A stretch of DNA of 63,870 nucleotides, counting the filler, from Aduncisulcus paluster (lineage: Eukaryota): the NCBI GenBank assembly GCA_024181965.1. It is 5 parts of 5 records of this genome, joined end to end, with 100 filler letters (N's around TTAATTAATTAA, not from the genome) between each part and the next. Parts side by side here need not be neighbours in the genome. Positions count along the whole stretch, not along the records: positions 15,537 to 43,049 come from BQXS01012480.1; 4 more parts are not named here. One strand, 5' to 3'. How positions within the stretch are numbered: the stretch's first letter is position 1; every line of letters starts with the position of its first letter. The translations under genes were made by a program, and so were the position numbers. Positions 22,844 to 33,938 of this stretch are shown piece by piece. Below the pieces are notes generated by a model. The model saw only the letters and a list, made by a program, of their open reading frames with translations. It was not told the DNA's origin and ran no database searches.

Positions 22844-23791
22844 TTAAGGTTTCTTGAGAGACGAAGGTAGAAGTTTTTCCATTGTATCTGAATCGATCAT
22901 ATGAAGAGCAAGAGCGGATTGTTGCCGCTGATCTAATTTTCTGAATATTTCCCGAGTTATCCTGATTGTTTGGCGAGCTTCAACTGTTTTCTGTTCAGAT
23001 AATATCTGGACTGGCACTGCTGATTCGAGTAATTCTTTCTTCACAATGATAGCTTGAGCCACAACGGCTGGGACTGTCAAATGTTCTCCAAATGCGAAAA
23101 AGAAATCCCATAACTTTAGAGCTTCATCTAAAGGTGGTTGAGAAGCACAGAATGTCATCAATCGAGAGAAAGCCCAGATTTCTCCAATTAGCTTATGTTT
23201 TGATAGATATTCGAATAATTCAGGATCAACGGTCTCCAATATAATATCAACCAGGGCTGCACCAGCATGTACTCCTTCTAAATTCTTCATAAAATATGTT
23301 GGACAATGTTTTGTAACGATACGGACAAAAGCGAAAAAGGCATCATGCTCTGGAAGAACAAACAGTAAAGGAGCGGCAACAACATTCATACCCTGAACGT
23401 AGGACGCCCCAGGAAGATCATTTTCCTCTTTATAATGGACATATGCATTCAAAAGCCTAATTAATTTGTCTTCAGGAACTTTTTCTTCAAAAACACGGTT
23501 CGACTTGAAAGTTCGGTCAGTATCCCTTTTAATTTTGTCATGAAGAGAAGATTTTCCCCGTTTCACAAGAGATAAATATTTTTGAATATCACCATTACCA
23601 GTTCTTAATAGACATTTCCAAACTATTTGTCGCAATGGTGTTTCTGAATCTTTTATAGTGTAATCTGGAATTCCATGATGCAAAACCAGTGTTTTAAGTT
23701 GAATTAATCTTTCTTTCTTCTCCTCATCAGATATAGAAGGAGGAACTTCTAATACTTTCATGAAAGAGGAAATTATCTCTGGTGATTCCAT
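22844..23791 (-). CDS. BUB2: Bub2/Cdc16-type TBC-domain GAP (mitotic exit / septation network)
   Basis: IKRDTDRT (Arg finger), YVQGMN (Gln finger), and subfamily signatures LIRLLNAY, CPTY...GVHAG, PPLDEALKLWDFFFAFGEHL. Confidence 0.88.
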   Translation of the reverse strand: MESPEIISSFMKVLEVPPSISDEEKKERLIQLKTLVLHHGIPDYTIKDSETPLRQIVWKCLLRTGNGDIQKYLSLVKRGKSSLHDKIKRDTDRTFKSNRVFEEKVPEDKLIRLLNAYVHYKEENDLPGASYVQGMNVVAAPLLFVLPEHDAFFAFVRIVTKHCPTYFMKNLEGVHAGAALVDIILETVDPELFEYLSKHKLIGEIWAFSRLMTFCASQPPLDEALKLWDFFFAFGEHLTVPAVVAQAIIVKKELLESAVPVQILSEQKTVEARQTIRITREIFRKLDQRQQSALALHMIDSDTMEKLLPSSLKKP

Positions 23792-23951
23792 TTTTAACTT
23801 TTAAATTATGTATTATCGAAATATTATCGAAATAAATTCTGTATTGTTATCAAATAAAGTGGTGCAAGAAGATTTTGTTAACCGTTTCAATTTCTTGGAA
23901 ATAGATGAATGAATCCATTTTTTCGGGAGTTACATAATAGATTTTATTGAA

Positions 23952-24773
23952 TTATTCAAAATTATGGTCGAAATGCTGATTTTGTTGAATATCTGAGAAT
24001 AATGTGAAGAACAGGTGCAACGCTTCCACAAGACCTGATCTGGTGCTATGGACTGGAATATCACACAAAGAACAAACGACTCTAGCATATTCTTCAAGGG
24101 AAAGATCAATATCTGGAGGAGGAATTCCAGTTTTTCTCAAAGTCATTTCTACTTCACGAGGGAGGGTATCCATCAGCGATTCTACGTCTGGCATTGTATC
24201 AGAGTAAACGAATTCGGACGGTGGTTGCTCAGCATGTATTTTCTCGATCTCATCGATCCATTTGTCAATGTCTTCATCTGTCTCGGCTGTCCACACTCCA
24301 CCACTTTGCGAGTGCATAATACCGTATTGTTTAGAAATGCTTTGAAGTTTTACCTCAAGAACAGAGGGATCACTCTGAATGTTTGCAGCTTCATCAGGGA
24401 TGGCAACACCAAGAAGGTCTTTTTTCCCATCTGGCCTTTCTACCTTTACAAATGGATCAATATCTCCAATGGCGGGCATATATTCAAATACAAATGGCTG
24501 AAGTTTGGTATCTAATTGGATTTCATGAGGTTGGAAAGCATCAATAAAATCAAAAAGAGCCGAATCATCGCCTCCACTAAACATAGAGTCATTATCGTTA
24601 TCTATAGTATGAGTTGGGGATGTTGCACCAAATGTGTCATCTTCTATCGGGTCAAATTCTTCAAGACCATCAGTACCATCAAATCTACCTTCAACTTCTT
24701 CTTCTTCCATTTCTACTTCATCACTATCGTTTTCCTCGAAGTCATTATTCTCATATGATTCATCTATCGGCAT
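23952..24773 (-). CDS. IFT46: Intraflagellar transport protein 46
   Basis: LQPFVFEYMPAIGDIDPFVKVERPDG...LG...DE....QSDPSVL, MPDVESLM, and C.LCDIPV...EALHLFFTLF. Acidic N-terminus; start Met uncertain. Confidence 0.92.
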   Translation of the reverse strand: MPIDESYENNDFEENDSDEVEMEEEEVEGRFDGTDGLEEFDPIEDDTFGATSPTHTIDNDNDSMFSGGDDSALFDFIDAFQPHEIQLDTKLQPFVFEYMPAIGDIDPFVKVERPDGKKDLLGVAIPDEAANIQSDPSVLEVKLQSISKQYGIMHSQSGGVWTAETDEDIDKWIDEIEKIHAEQPPSEFVYSDTMPDVESLMDTLPREVEMTLRKTGIPPPDIDLSLEEYARVVCSLCDIPVHSTRSGLVEALHLFFTLFSDIQQNQHFDHNFE

Positions 24774-25007
24774 ATCAGTGTGAAAATTCGAATGCATTGT
24801 GATGTTGGCAAAGAAAATCAAAATAAGTGTAACCTAATATAAAAACGAATGAATTTCTTTGATACACAACATAATTGTTATAAATAATTTATTGGCTGCG
24901 TATTTCTTGAATTTATACCCATACAGAACGATTATGAAGGTGGAACCGAACTTGAAAAATGAAAAGTATACATATGATCAGATATTAACAATATTGAATA
25001 AAAAAAA

Positions 25008-25622
25008 TTACAGTCCATCTCCATGCATAACTGATTTGTGCAGAACTTCCTCTGATATGGTTAAAATAATATCGAAGTCATTAATAATTTTTGCGGGTTT
25101 AGTAAATACTAAGCGAGAATGAGTATGTTCAGGGGTAATTTTAACAGATAATAAACCATCTTCTTCACAAGCAAATATTATAAATGGAAATTTTAACCGT
25201 CTTCCTGGTGGAGCAGATACTTTTTCATTATGAGCAGATATAGCTTTCAAACCTTTTAGTAATGATGAAGAACGTTTAATTCTTGTTTTTAATTCAGCTT
25301 TTTGTTCTTTTAATTCCTCTATTGTCTCTTTTGCACTTGTAACGGTCGATTTAGGAGGACCAATCCACTGTATTTCTTTCTTATTTCTTCTAATATATTT
25401 GAGAGCTTGCATAACATTTTCTGCATCATAAATTCTTCTCTGAACGGTTTTATCAGTTGAATCTATTGCATCCCCACCTTCATTGATGCACCTAACCACT
25501 TCTTGTGTCAGTTGAAAATGAGACATAGTATGAAATTCGCTTAATATTTTTGTAACAAGTTTGGCAATTGAGCGCAAACTTTTGGGACCTCCTTCCCTTC
25601 TTCTTTTCTTTTCTTTCGTCAT
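25008..25622 (-). CDS. DP-type (TFDP) E2F dimerisation partner
   Basis: SLRSIAKLV...QRRIYDAENVMQAL..IRRNKKEIQWIG matches the DP winged-helix/DEF box, followed by a coiled coil and LKFPFIIF. Confidence 0.82.
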   Translation of the reverse strand: MTKEKKRRREGGPKSLRSIAKLVTKILSEFHTMSHFQLTQEVVRCINEGGDAIDSTDKTVQRRIYDAENVMQALKYIRRNKKEIQWIGPPKSTVTSAKETIEELKEQKAELKTRIKRSSSLLKGLKAISAHNEKVSAPPGRRLKFPFIIFACEEDGLLSVKITPEHTHSRLVFTKPAKIINDFDIILTISEEVLHKSVMHGDGL

Positions 25623-25922
25623 AATGTCAAAGAAACATTCCGCTTCTACAAGTTGAAAATGAATTTCCTAAAATGCAATAATTTATGAATTTCAGGATAT
25701 AGTCCGCTGGCTTTCGACAGTTTTATTTTTTGATCTCTACAATTTCATGCATACAGGAAGACTCTTTCTACTGACTGATATTCAAGTTTATATGCATTTT
25801 CAACCAAAAATAAATATTTATATTTCATTTTTATTGAGGTAGATAAATATTCTAACTTTGGAAAAGGTCGCTGCGCTCTTTAACAAAAAATGAAGAAAAA
25901 AAATCTCGATTGCTGTTGTAAT

Positions 25923-26438
25923 ATGAGTATCTCACTTTTTAGAGCATTTTCATCCATTCCAGAAGTCTTGGAACAGGCTGGAATTGCTATAGGTGCACAG
26001 AAAAGCATGGATTTTAAGGTACAAAAAGAACATACAACCAATCGTTTCAAGATCCCAGGTATGAAACTTTCTTTTTAATTTTTCGATAATTAAATCCATG
26101 AATGATATGAATTATTTTGTTATATTTATTTTTTACTTTTAAAATGAATTTTAGGTATGGATGTGTTAAGCACTCCTTCAATGTTGCTCATGATGGAGCT
26201 TACAGCTGCTCAACTGGTTGAAGATAAGGTACCAATTGAGAAATACGGGAGTGTTGGATACAAAGTCAATATTTCTCACCTTAGGCCAACAACTCTTGGG
26301 AGAACAGTGACATGTGAGGCCAAACTCACGGAAATAGACGGAAAGAAATTGAAATTTGATGTTAAAGCCATGGATGGTGATACTATTCTTGGAAAAGGAA
26401 GTCATAATAGAGCAATTATTCCATCTCCAAAAATGTGA
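25923..26438 (+). CDS. FlK-type (fluoroacetyl-CoA thioesterase-like) hotdog thioesterase; intron 26059-26154
   Basis: VLSTPSMLLMMELTAA, SVGYKVNISHLRPTTLG and G.H.R conserve the Thr-Glu-His triad. CAG|GTATGA...TTTAG|GT joins KIPG to MDVLST. Confidence 0.85.
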
Positions 26439-26745
26439 GGAATAATAGGATCTTCCGTCTGGTATCAACACTTGTGTTTGATCATTTTAACTTGAGTATT
26501 GCTCTAATTCAGCTTCTATCAATTAAAAAGGGAGTTGGTACTGCCTCGGTTTTGAGCATCTTCTGTCGCCAAAGCACTCTCTCTCTGCTTTGGGGGCTAA
26601 TAAATAGGTATTTGTGATCCATTTTTGGAATTTGTTGATGTAAAATATTTTATTACTTACTCATTCTGTTTTTTGAGGATATTCATTATGCATTCTGTTT
26701 TTCGAGGATTCAAGAAAATTGAAATGATTTTCTCCTGAATACACA

Positions 26746-29700
26746 ATGCCTGACGAAAAAAAACGGAATGTTTCCGTTGTAATATGTTGTAAAACATCTG
26801 ATAAAACGAAAAAATCTCCCCTTCAATTCAGATATAAACAGTCAGGTTCACTTTCATGTAAATGCTTTAGTTATGGAGATGAAAGAAAAAAAGTATTCGA
26901 ATTAAAAGAAAAAAATGATCTTAAATCAAATATTAAGTTCAGTTCATACTGGTTGCCACCAGAAAAACAACAAATGCATATTGAATCTCGTGCTGAGGTT
27001 TCTGAGAAGATTTTAAATGCCATGTGTCTTAAAAGGAGTGTAATATTTGCCAGTTTTGGTGTTTTTGGTGCTGGAAAAACTAGTACTATGGGATTTTCGC
27101 TAGAATCAATGGAGGCCATGATGGGTCGAATCAAAATGAGAGAAGAAAAACACAAAGATTTTATGCTTCTTGGGTCTCGAACCAAAGAAAGGAAGAAACC
27201 TTTTGTTGTTTGTAAGCCTAATTTCCCATCTTTAGGGTTATTTGGTGCCGCTGTTGATTGGATGTATGAAATCGCCATTAAAGTTGATAAATGTATATGC
27301 ATCCTTGAATTCCGTGATGGAACGGTATACGATCATGTCCATAAAATGCAAAGACCTTACGTCGATCTCAGAGACGAGATAGATCGCCCTTTCCCAGACG
27401 AAGTCCCCCATGGTCAAAATGGGGATCCGTTAGCTGAATATTGGAGTGAAAAGATTACGTCTGCTAAAGAAATGCTTGAAATTACGAAAGAAAGCTTTAC
27501 TAACCGCTCTTCTGATGACCCAAAAATCAGTGTGAAAAGTCGGCGCTCTATCTTCATGGTTTGTGTTAAATTCTCGAAAAAACAAGAAAATACGTACGCT
27601 ACATTCATCGATTCACCTGATTTCGCCTTTTTATTCAGCATTAGACGTCAACAAAAGCAATTAACAGAAAAACGTCTGAAAATCTTTACAAGATTATCCA
27701 ACCTCACAAATCAGATTAAAGATGCTATTTTATCCTCATTTTCTGTCAAAAGTAGGGAGTTTGAGCGTGATCAGCCCGTTGTATTTTATAAATTGACGGC
27801 TTCTCCCCTATTCAATGCTGATGTCGTTTTGCTCCCCTTAATATCTGATAGATCTGACAGATATTACTACAACAATGAATTGATTAACTATATTATTGGT
27901 ATAAAACGTGAGATTGCAGCCATTTGTTCCCAAGGCGACCCTCGAATTGGTGGTGGTCAATATGGTGTGAATGAGTGGGCTGCCGAGCATGATAAAGAAG
28001 CCAAAAGAAATCCGATACCGCCTCCCATTGATATCTCTGCCCTCAAGAAGCTCCATACCCCCCCATCTACTCTCAAAAGACCCGCCCACTCAAGTCATTA
28101 TCCCTCTACTATCATGGGATCAAGCGGGATAATATCTCCTGGAGCAGGAATGAAGCAACAACATGGTGGAGGTAGTCAAGCCTTTCAGCCCCATCATGCC
28201 AAACAGATAGATCGTATCCACACTCCCGAGGCCTCCGCTGCTCTCTTGTCTCCGAAGCATACCAGAGTGTTGATGAACGTCTCCCTCGATCTTCCCCCAA
28301 AGCTCTCCGAACTTCAGCGTGCAATCCATGATGTGTCCCAATATGCCCACGTTCTTCGAAGGACCTATGCTCTATTGGATGATTATCCCACAGCTGCGTC
28401 TGAGTCTGAGTATTCTTTTGCTCTTGAGAGTGGCGAATGGGANNNNNNNNNNNNNNNNNNNNCCATCATGCCAAACAGATAGATCGTATCCACACTCCCG
28501 AGGCCTCCGCTGCTCTCTTGTCTCCGAAGCATACCAGAGTGTTGATGAACGTCTCCCTCGATCTTCCCCCAAAGCTCTCCGAACTTCAGCGTGCAATCCA
28601 TGATGTGTCCCAATATGCCCACGTTCTTCGAAGGACCTATGCTCTATTGGATGATTATCCCACAGCTGCGTCTGAGTCTGAGTATTCTTTTGCTCTTGAG
28701 AGTGGCGAATGGGAGTATTTGAGTTCCATTTTGAAAGCCACGCCAACCAAATTCCTTCTTTCACTTGAGAAGTCTATCGAAGTTGCCAAGTCTTCGTTGA
28801 CTCAGATTCTTATTAGTTCACGTGGGTGTGTTGATGACCTTACAAAACGATTTGATGAACAAAATTCAAACAACGAAACGCTAATGGATATTGTTGACAT
28901 TGATAAACAACACCAACAGAATCCTAGACCCGTTATTGTGAAAACAAAGATGATTGGACTTGGGAAAAAAACTGACCATCGAGCTAAATCGAGTAGAAAA
29001 TCGTCTAAAAATAGATCATTGCGCGTTGAATCTCAAGACTTACCACCCAAAAGGAATTCCGCCGAGCTTTTTGCCGAGAACGAAGCTCATGAAGCCACTG
29101 AGCGAGAAGAGCAGGCCATGAGGAGGGAAAAAGAGAAGGAAGAGGAAGAGAAGAAGAGGAAAGCAAGAGAAGAAGAGGAAGAAGAAAAGAAGAGGAAAGA
29201 AGAGGAAACGAGGAAGCAAAAAGAAGAAGAGGAAAGGAAGAGAAGAGAAGAGGAAGAGGAACGTTTGAAGAAGGAAAGAGAAAAAGAAGAAGAAGAAAGG
29301 AAACAGAAAGAAAAGGAAGAAGAAGAGAGGAAACGAAAAGCAGAAGAAGAACGTTTGAGGAAGCAGAGAGAAGAAGAGGAAGAGGAAGAAAGAAGAAAGG
29401 AAGAAGAAGAAAAGAAGAGGAAAGAAATTGAAGAAGAGAAAAGAAGGAAGGAAATGGAAGAAGAGGAAGAAGAGAAGAAGAGAAAAGCAAAAGAACAGGA
29501 GAAAATGGAAGAAGAAGCGAGAAAATCAAATGAAGAGGAAGAGGAAGAAATGTTAAAGGAAGATAACGATTACAGTAGTGCAGACATTGATGGAGCTCAT
29601 TCAGAGTCTCCATCTGAGGAACAAGAAAGGGGTGGAAGAGAAAGAAATAGTCCTGAGATCAGGCAAGAGGATAACAACGAATCTGAGTTTGACATTGGGG

Positions 29701-30785
29701 AACAAGACACTCCTTCCGTTCATCGTGAAGAGTATCATGTGGAAAAGAACGATGATCAAGGTCTAACGGAAACAGATGGGTTTGACGATGCCACAACTTC
29801 AGACAGTTCTGATAGTGTCGATGAAAGGCAAGTTACGGTTACCAAGGCAGAGAATCCGGTTGAGGAAAGTATAAGTCCGGTTCCAACCGGCAAAGAATCG
29901 GACGTTAACGAATCAGAGTTTGATGACGCAACAACTTCTTCTGATAGCGTTGATGAAAGGCAAGTCACCGATACACCCCAGACTCAACCTCCTGTCGATC
30001 ATTCTGATTCGGTTCAAATTAATAAGGAATCTGAGTTAAATGAATCAGAATTTGATGACGCGACAACTTCTTCTGACAGTGTCGATGAGAGACAAGTCGA
30101 AGTGATGGTAACTCAGACAAAAGTATCAGCTGATCAAATTGATCCGGTTGAGGAAAGTATAAGTCCGGTCCCAGCCGATAGAGAATCAGATGTCAATGAA
30201 TCAGAGTTTGACGATGCCACGACTTCTGATAGTGTGGATGAAAGACAAGTCACCGTTGCTACTCCCATGCAGGTGGAGTCTACAGTTGATCAAACCAGTA
30301 ATCCCGTTCAACCCAATAAGGAATCAGATGTCAATGAATCAGAGTTTGACGATGCAACCAGTAGTATTGATGAGAGACAAGTTACCATGGATAACAAGAC
30401 AAAACTTCAAGCCGATAGCACCAATCCGGTCCAAACCGGCAAAGAATCTGAGTTCGATGAATCAGAGTTCGATATTGGAGAGCAAGATACCCCTTCTGTC
30501 CATCGTGAGGATTCTGAGCCTGTCAAAGCTGCTGATCAGACCCAATCAGAAGAGTATGATGACGCTACAACTTCTGATTCATTCGGGGATGGCCGAGTAA
30601 GCACTCCAAAGATGAATCATGTGCCCGAAGAAGGTGAAAGTGAAGAAAATCTTGGAGAGGAAGAAGAAGAAGAAGAGGAAGAAGAAGAAGAGGAAGAAGA
30701 AGAAGAGGAAGAGGAAGAGGAAGAGGAAGAAGAAGAGGAGTCTGGTTTTGATCAAGGCGGTTATTCTGGATCTAGTGATTTCTAA
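26746..30785 (+). CDS. Divergent kinesin-like protein (~1255 aa once the gap duplication is removed): motor-like domain, E/K/R-rich helix, acidic repeat tail
   Basis: IFASFGVFGAGKTSTMG (kinesin P-loop), ILEF...VYD, KSRRSIF, FIDSPD and YKLT in kinesin order. 28191-28442 is duplicated at 28463-28714; removing 272 nt merges the two ORFs in frame. Confidence 0.7.
29670..30580 (+). repeat. Coding tandem repeats (~40 aa) KESDVNESEFDDATTSSDSVDERQVT
   Basis: About six to seven imperfect copies. ESEFDIGEQDTPSVHRE occurs near both ends of the array. Confidence 0.85.
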
Positions 30786-31534
30786 TCGCCTTTATAAAAG
30801 TGTCGTACAATCTCATATTGTTGTTGAGTTTTCCCTGTTTATTTTTATCTCATCCCTGATATCTTATTACGATTATTAATTTATATATTTATATATATTC
30901 AAATATCTTTTATTCTTTTTAGTATTTCTATATTCAATCGATCTGTAGTGTGATAAACGATTAGAATCAAAAAAATATCCCAATTCAGTCTATTATCTGA
31001 AACTTCGAGGCTGGACAATCTGACTTTTTCAATTTTATATATATATTTTTTTTAAATTTTTTTAATTTTTTTTTTTTTTTTTACTTTTTCGATACGATCT
31101 CAATCTCAGATCAGTCAATAGATAACATTAATCTCATTAGGCAAGAGAATATATTAGATACTTCAATGTCACAAATGAAATAAGATATCTATCATGATTC
31201 ATAACACTTCGATATCTATAATAATAGATATTTATCATGAATTTATAATGATGATACCAAATTGATGGCCAGTGATAGTTTAAAAGGAATTATTGAAATA
31301 TTTTCATTATGAATTGATCACTATTCCTCAGCACATTGAGTTTTAATAAACATTTCGAGTAGATTGGAATTGGACTCCATTAAGAGCTTTGAATAATACT
31401 TCAATAAATAGACAGGAATTCGAAGAACGAAGCTTATTGATACTAAGATAGATGTGATATTATTGTACAGCTATATATAAGCAATAGTACAGAATAATTG
31501 ATGATCAGAAGCAGATCTCTGAAAATCAAAATAT

Positions 31535-33586
31535 TCACTCGTCATGTTCATCATTCTTCTCCTCTTTCTCCTCTCTCTCCTCTTCATTACCAGGATTAGA
31601 GATATCTTTGGCATCTGACTTCTCATCTCTATCTTCTTTCTCCTCGTCTTCTTTCTCTTCTTTCTTCATACACTGCTCTTCACCAACTTTCTCATCTTCT
31701 TTCTCACCTCCACACACCCATAGAAGACCCCCAAGGAACAAAAGGATAACGAATAATCCGATAATGATTCGGCACACCCGCATCCACGTTCCCCTTGGGA
31801 TTGGACTCCAGAATGTGAGCTGGAAGTTCTCCATGCAGTCAAAAGGACACATTAGAGAAGAAGAGAAGGAGAGAGTAGTAGCAGCAATCATAGTGCCTGA
31901 GCTAGATGCACTCAAAGGAACAGGGTTACCTGTGAACTCAGATGTTTCGTACTTATTTTCGAGGGTATATCCAATGGACATGTCCTCAATATCAATAACA
32001 CTCTCGAGCTGAGTATTTACAGACAAAGGGGGAAGAGAAACATCAATGTAGAATTTGTTGATCGGAGATAATGGTCTTGTCAATGAACACATGGGAATAG
32101 TGAAGACATATGGTTTATAGGGAAATAGCTTATCCATTGTCCGAGACCACCATGGTGATACCAAGTCCAATGAATCAGATGGCAAGAATAATTCCTTGTC
32201 TTTCTCCTTAAACACTCCAGCGGATCCAGATGTTTCGGTTAAAGTCTTGAGAAAGTCCGAGAGAGTGATATTATAAGAAATGTGGAATGAAGTCTTTTGC
32301 TGACCCAATATGGGATGTCTGAATTTAACATTGACGAGTCTTACTTCTTTTTGAGATGTGTCAATGGAAAGTTCCTCAAAAAGACCATCGGGTAAGTCAA
32401 AACTTAACATAGATCCGGCAGTTCCAAATGCATTATGATTAGAACCAAAGGAGTCACTTGAGAAAGAGTCAAATGAGAAGAAATCATCCACATCAAGAAT
32501 GGGTTCAAATGTTTCGATTTGGTCCTTGTTCAGAACATCGATTTGTTCAACATCACCTATTTGGGAATGTACAAGACGTCCAATCGCATCTTCAATTAGA
32601 ACATCGGTCGCATCTGGAGGAATTTCCATCGAAAAGGTTGAACTGAACGTTGGAGGGGCAGTAACAGCAGATTTCATGTCAATTCGCTTCATTGTATCAT
32701 TAGGTGGATGTGGAGCATTGTTAATGATAATATATTCATCACGAACATGTAATACGTCCGAAAATGGATACATTGAGAAAGAACGGTGGAGTTCCTCAAC
32801 GGATAACTGAGAAGAACTCATCAGATAGGACAAAGATATCATGTGAGGAAGGGGAGGAAGAGCTCCAGTCCTTCTAAGAATATGTCTTGCACGGGTGGGT
32901 GGTAAATCTTGGAGAGTACTGCATATAATGCAGGGATTTCCATCCATAACGGCTGAGGAAGCTAGGGGAGACCATACATGTTCTAAATCTTTGCTATACG
33001 ATAAATCAACGGTATTAGGTTCAATTGTATCGAAAGAAGGCTCTGGACGAAGAGTTGATTTCATTATTTTCCCCAATTTACATTGAACAGGAGCTTTTCC
33101 ACTCCGGACGTGTAATTCTGCAAGATCAGGAAGATCGCGGATAACAAAGGATGTGGTTTGAGTAGATTTGTATGGAAAAGACAAAGCCATTGGAAATTTA
33201 TCAAGGAAAACAATAGCATCAGAGGAAATGGTGGGTAGCTCAGCAGGCTTGTTCTTGAGCATATTGGCGTACATAATCTCTAAGTTGGCTGTCATTTTCC
33301 CACCTGGTAATATTCCACGCATAAAATCTATAATATAAGTTGTGAATCCAGGGACGTTGAAGGATTCATCTTTTTGAAAGTAAATTAATCCATTGTCAAA
33401 CTCTCTACGTGCTCTAGTACGCGCTATATAGGGAATAACTTCATCGGGCATCAATATAAAGAAGGAGTGTGTTTCCCTTTCTCCGTAATTATAAAGAGTG
33501 ACGGTATCCACTTCGACAATAAAATTACCACGCAAATCGACCTGTCTATCAACAGTAGCTTCTAATTCTTTATAAAGTAACTCCAT
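31535..33586 (-). CDS. Divergent ribophorin I (oligosaccharyltransferase subunit Ost1/RPN1)-like protein
   Basis: VDRQVDL...VTLYN, IPPDATDVLIEDAIG and KFRHPILGQQKTSFHISY (cf. RfPLfGGWk..f..gY), with one C-terminal TM helix. No signal peptide seen. Confidence 0.7.
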   Translation of the reverse strand: MELLYKELEATVDRQVDLRGNFIVEVDTVTLYNYGERETHSFFILMPDEVIPYIARTRARREFDNGLIYFQKDESFNVPGFTTYIIDFMRGILPGGKMTANLEIMYANMLKNKPAELPTISSDAIVFLDKFPMALSFPYKSTQTTSFVIRDLPDLAELHVRSGKAPVQCKLGKIMKSTLRPEPSFDTIEPNTVDLSYSKDLEHVWSPLASSAVMDGNPCIICSTLQDLPPTRARHILRRTGALPPLPHMISLSYLMSSSQLSVEELHRSFSMYPFSDVLHVRDEYIIINNAPHPPNDTMKRIDMKSAVTAPPTFSSTFSMEIPPDATDVLIEDAIGRLVHSQIGDVEQIDVLNKDQIETFEPILDVDDFFSFDSFSSDSFGSNHNAFGTAGSMLSFDLPDGLFEELSIDTSQKEVRLVNVKFRHPILGQQKTSFHISYNITLSDFLKTLTETSGSAGVFKEKDKELFLPSDSLDLVSPWWSRTMDKLFPYKPYVFTIPMCSLTRPLSPINKFYIDVSLPPLSVNTQLESVIDIEDMSIGYTLENKYETSEFTGNPVPLSASSSGTMIAATTLSFSSSLMCPFDCMENFQLTFWSPIPRGTWMRVCRIIIGLFVILLFLGGLLWVCGGEKEDEKVGEEQCMKKEEKEDEEKEDRDEKSDAKDISNPGNEEEREEKEEKNDEHDE

Positions 33587-33938
33587 ATTATTTGGTAAAG
33601 GTAATCCAAAACGACAAAACCATTTTAGGTGGATTGACTATAACGCATTCCAGAGCAAAAAAAATTGTTATTTTGTGGAAAATCCCAAAAAATATGATTG
33701 CCACTCAAAGAAATCAGCTTGATAAAGCTTAATTCTTCATAATAATTGCGGGAATATAAATTTGAAATTCAGTCTTCGATATTTCTGTTTTGTGCACATA
33801 GGTACGTTTGATTATGAATTATTTATTTGATTATTTTGCCCTTTTATCACTTTTGCAATGCTTATCATGCTTAATTTTCTTAAATTACTCAGATAATCTA
33901 GTAGCTTATATAACTCTCCTGTGAATTATAATTTTGCA

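Noticed and set aside
28191..28714. Tandem duplications at 17093-17552, 28191-28714 and 52211-52584 as real repeats or split genes
   Set aside because: Each flanks exactly 20 Ns, and removing one copy gives a single continuous frame; these are unmerged contig overlaps.
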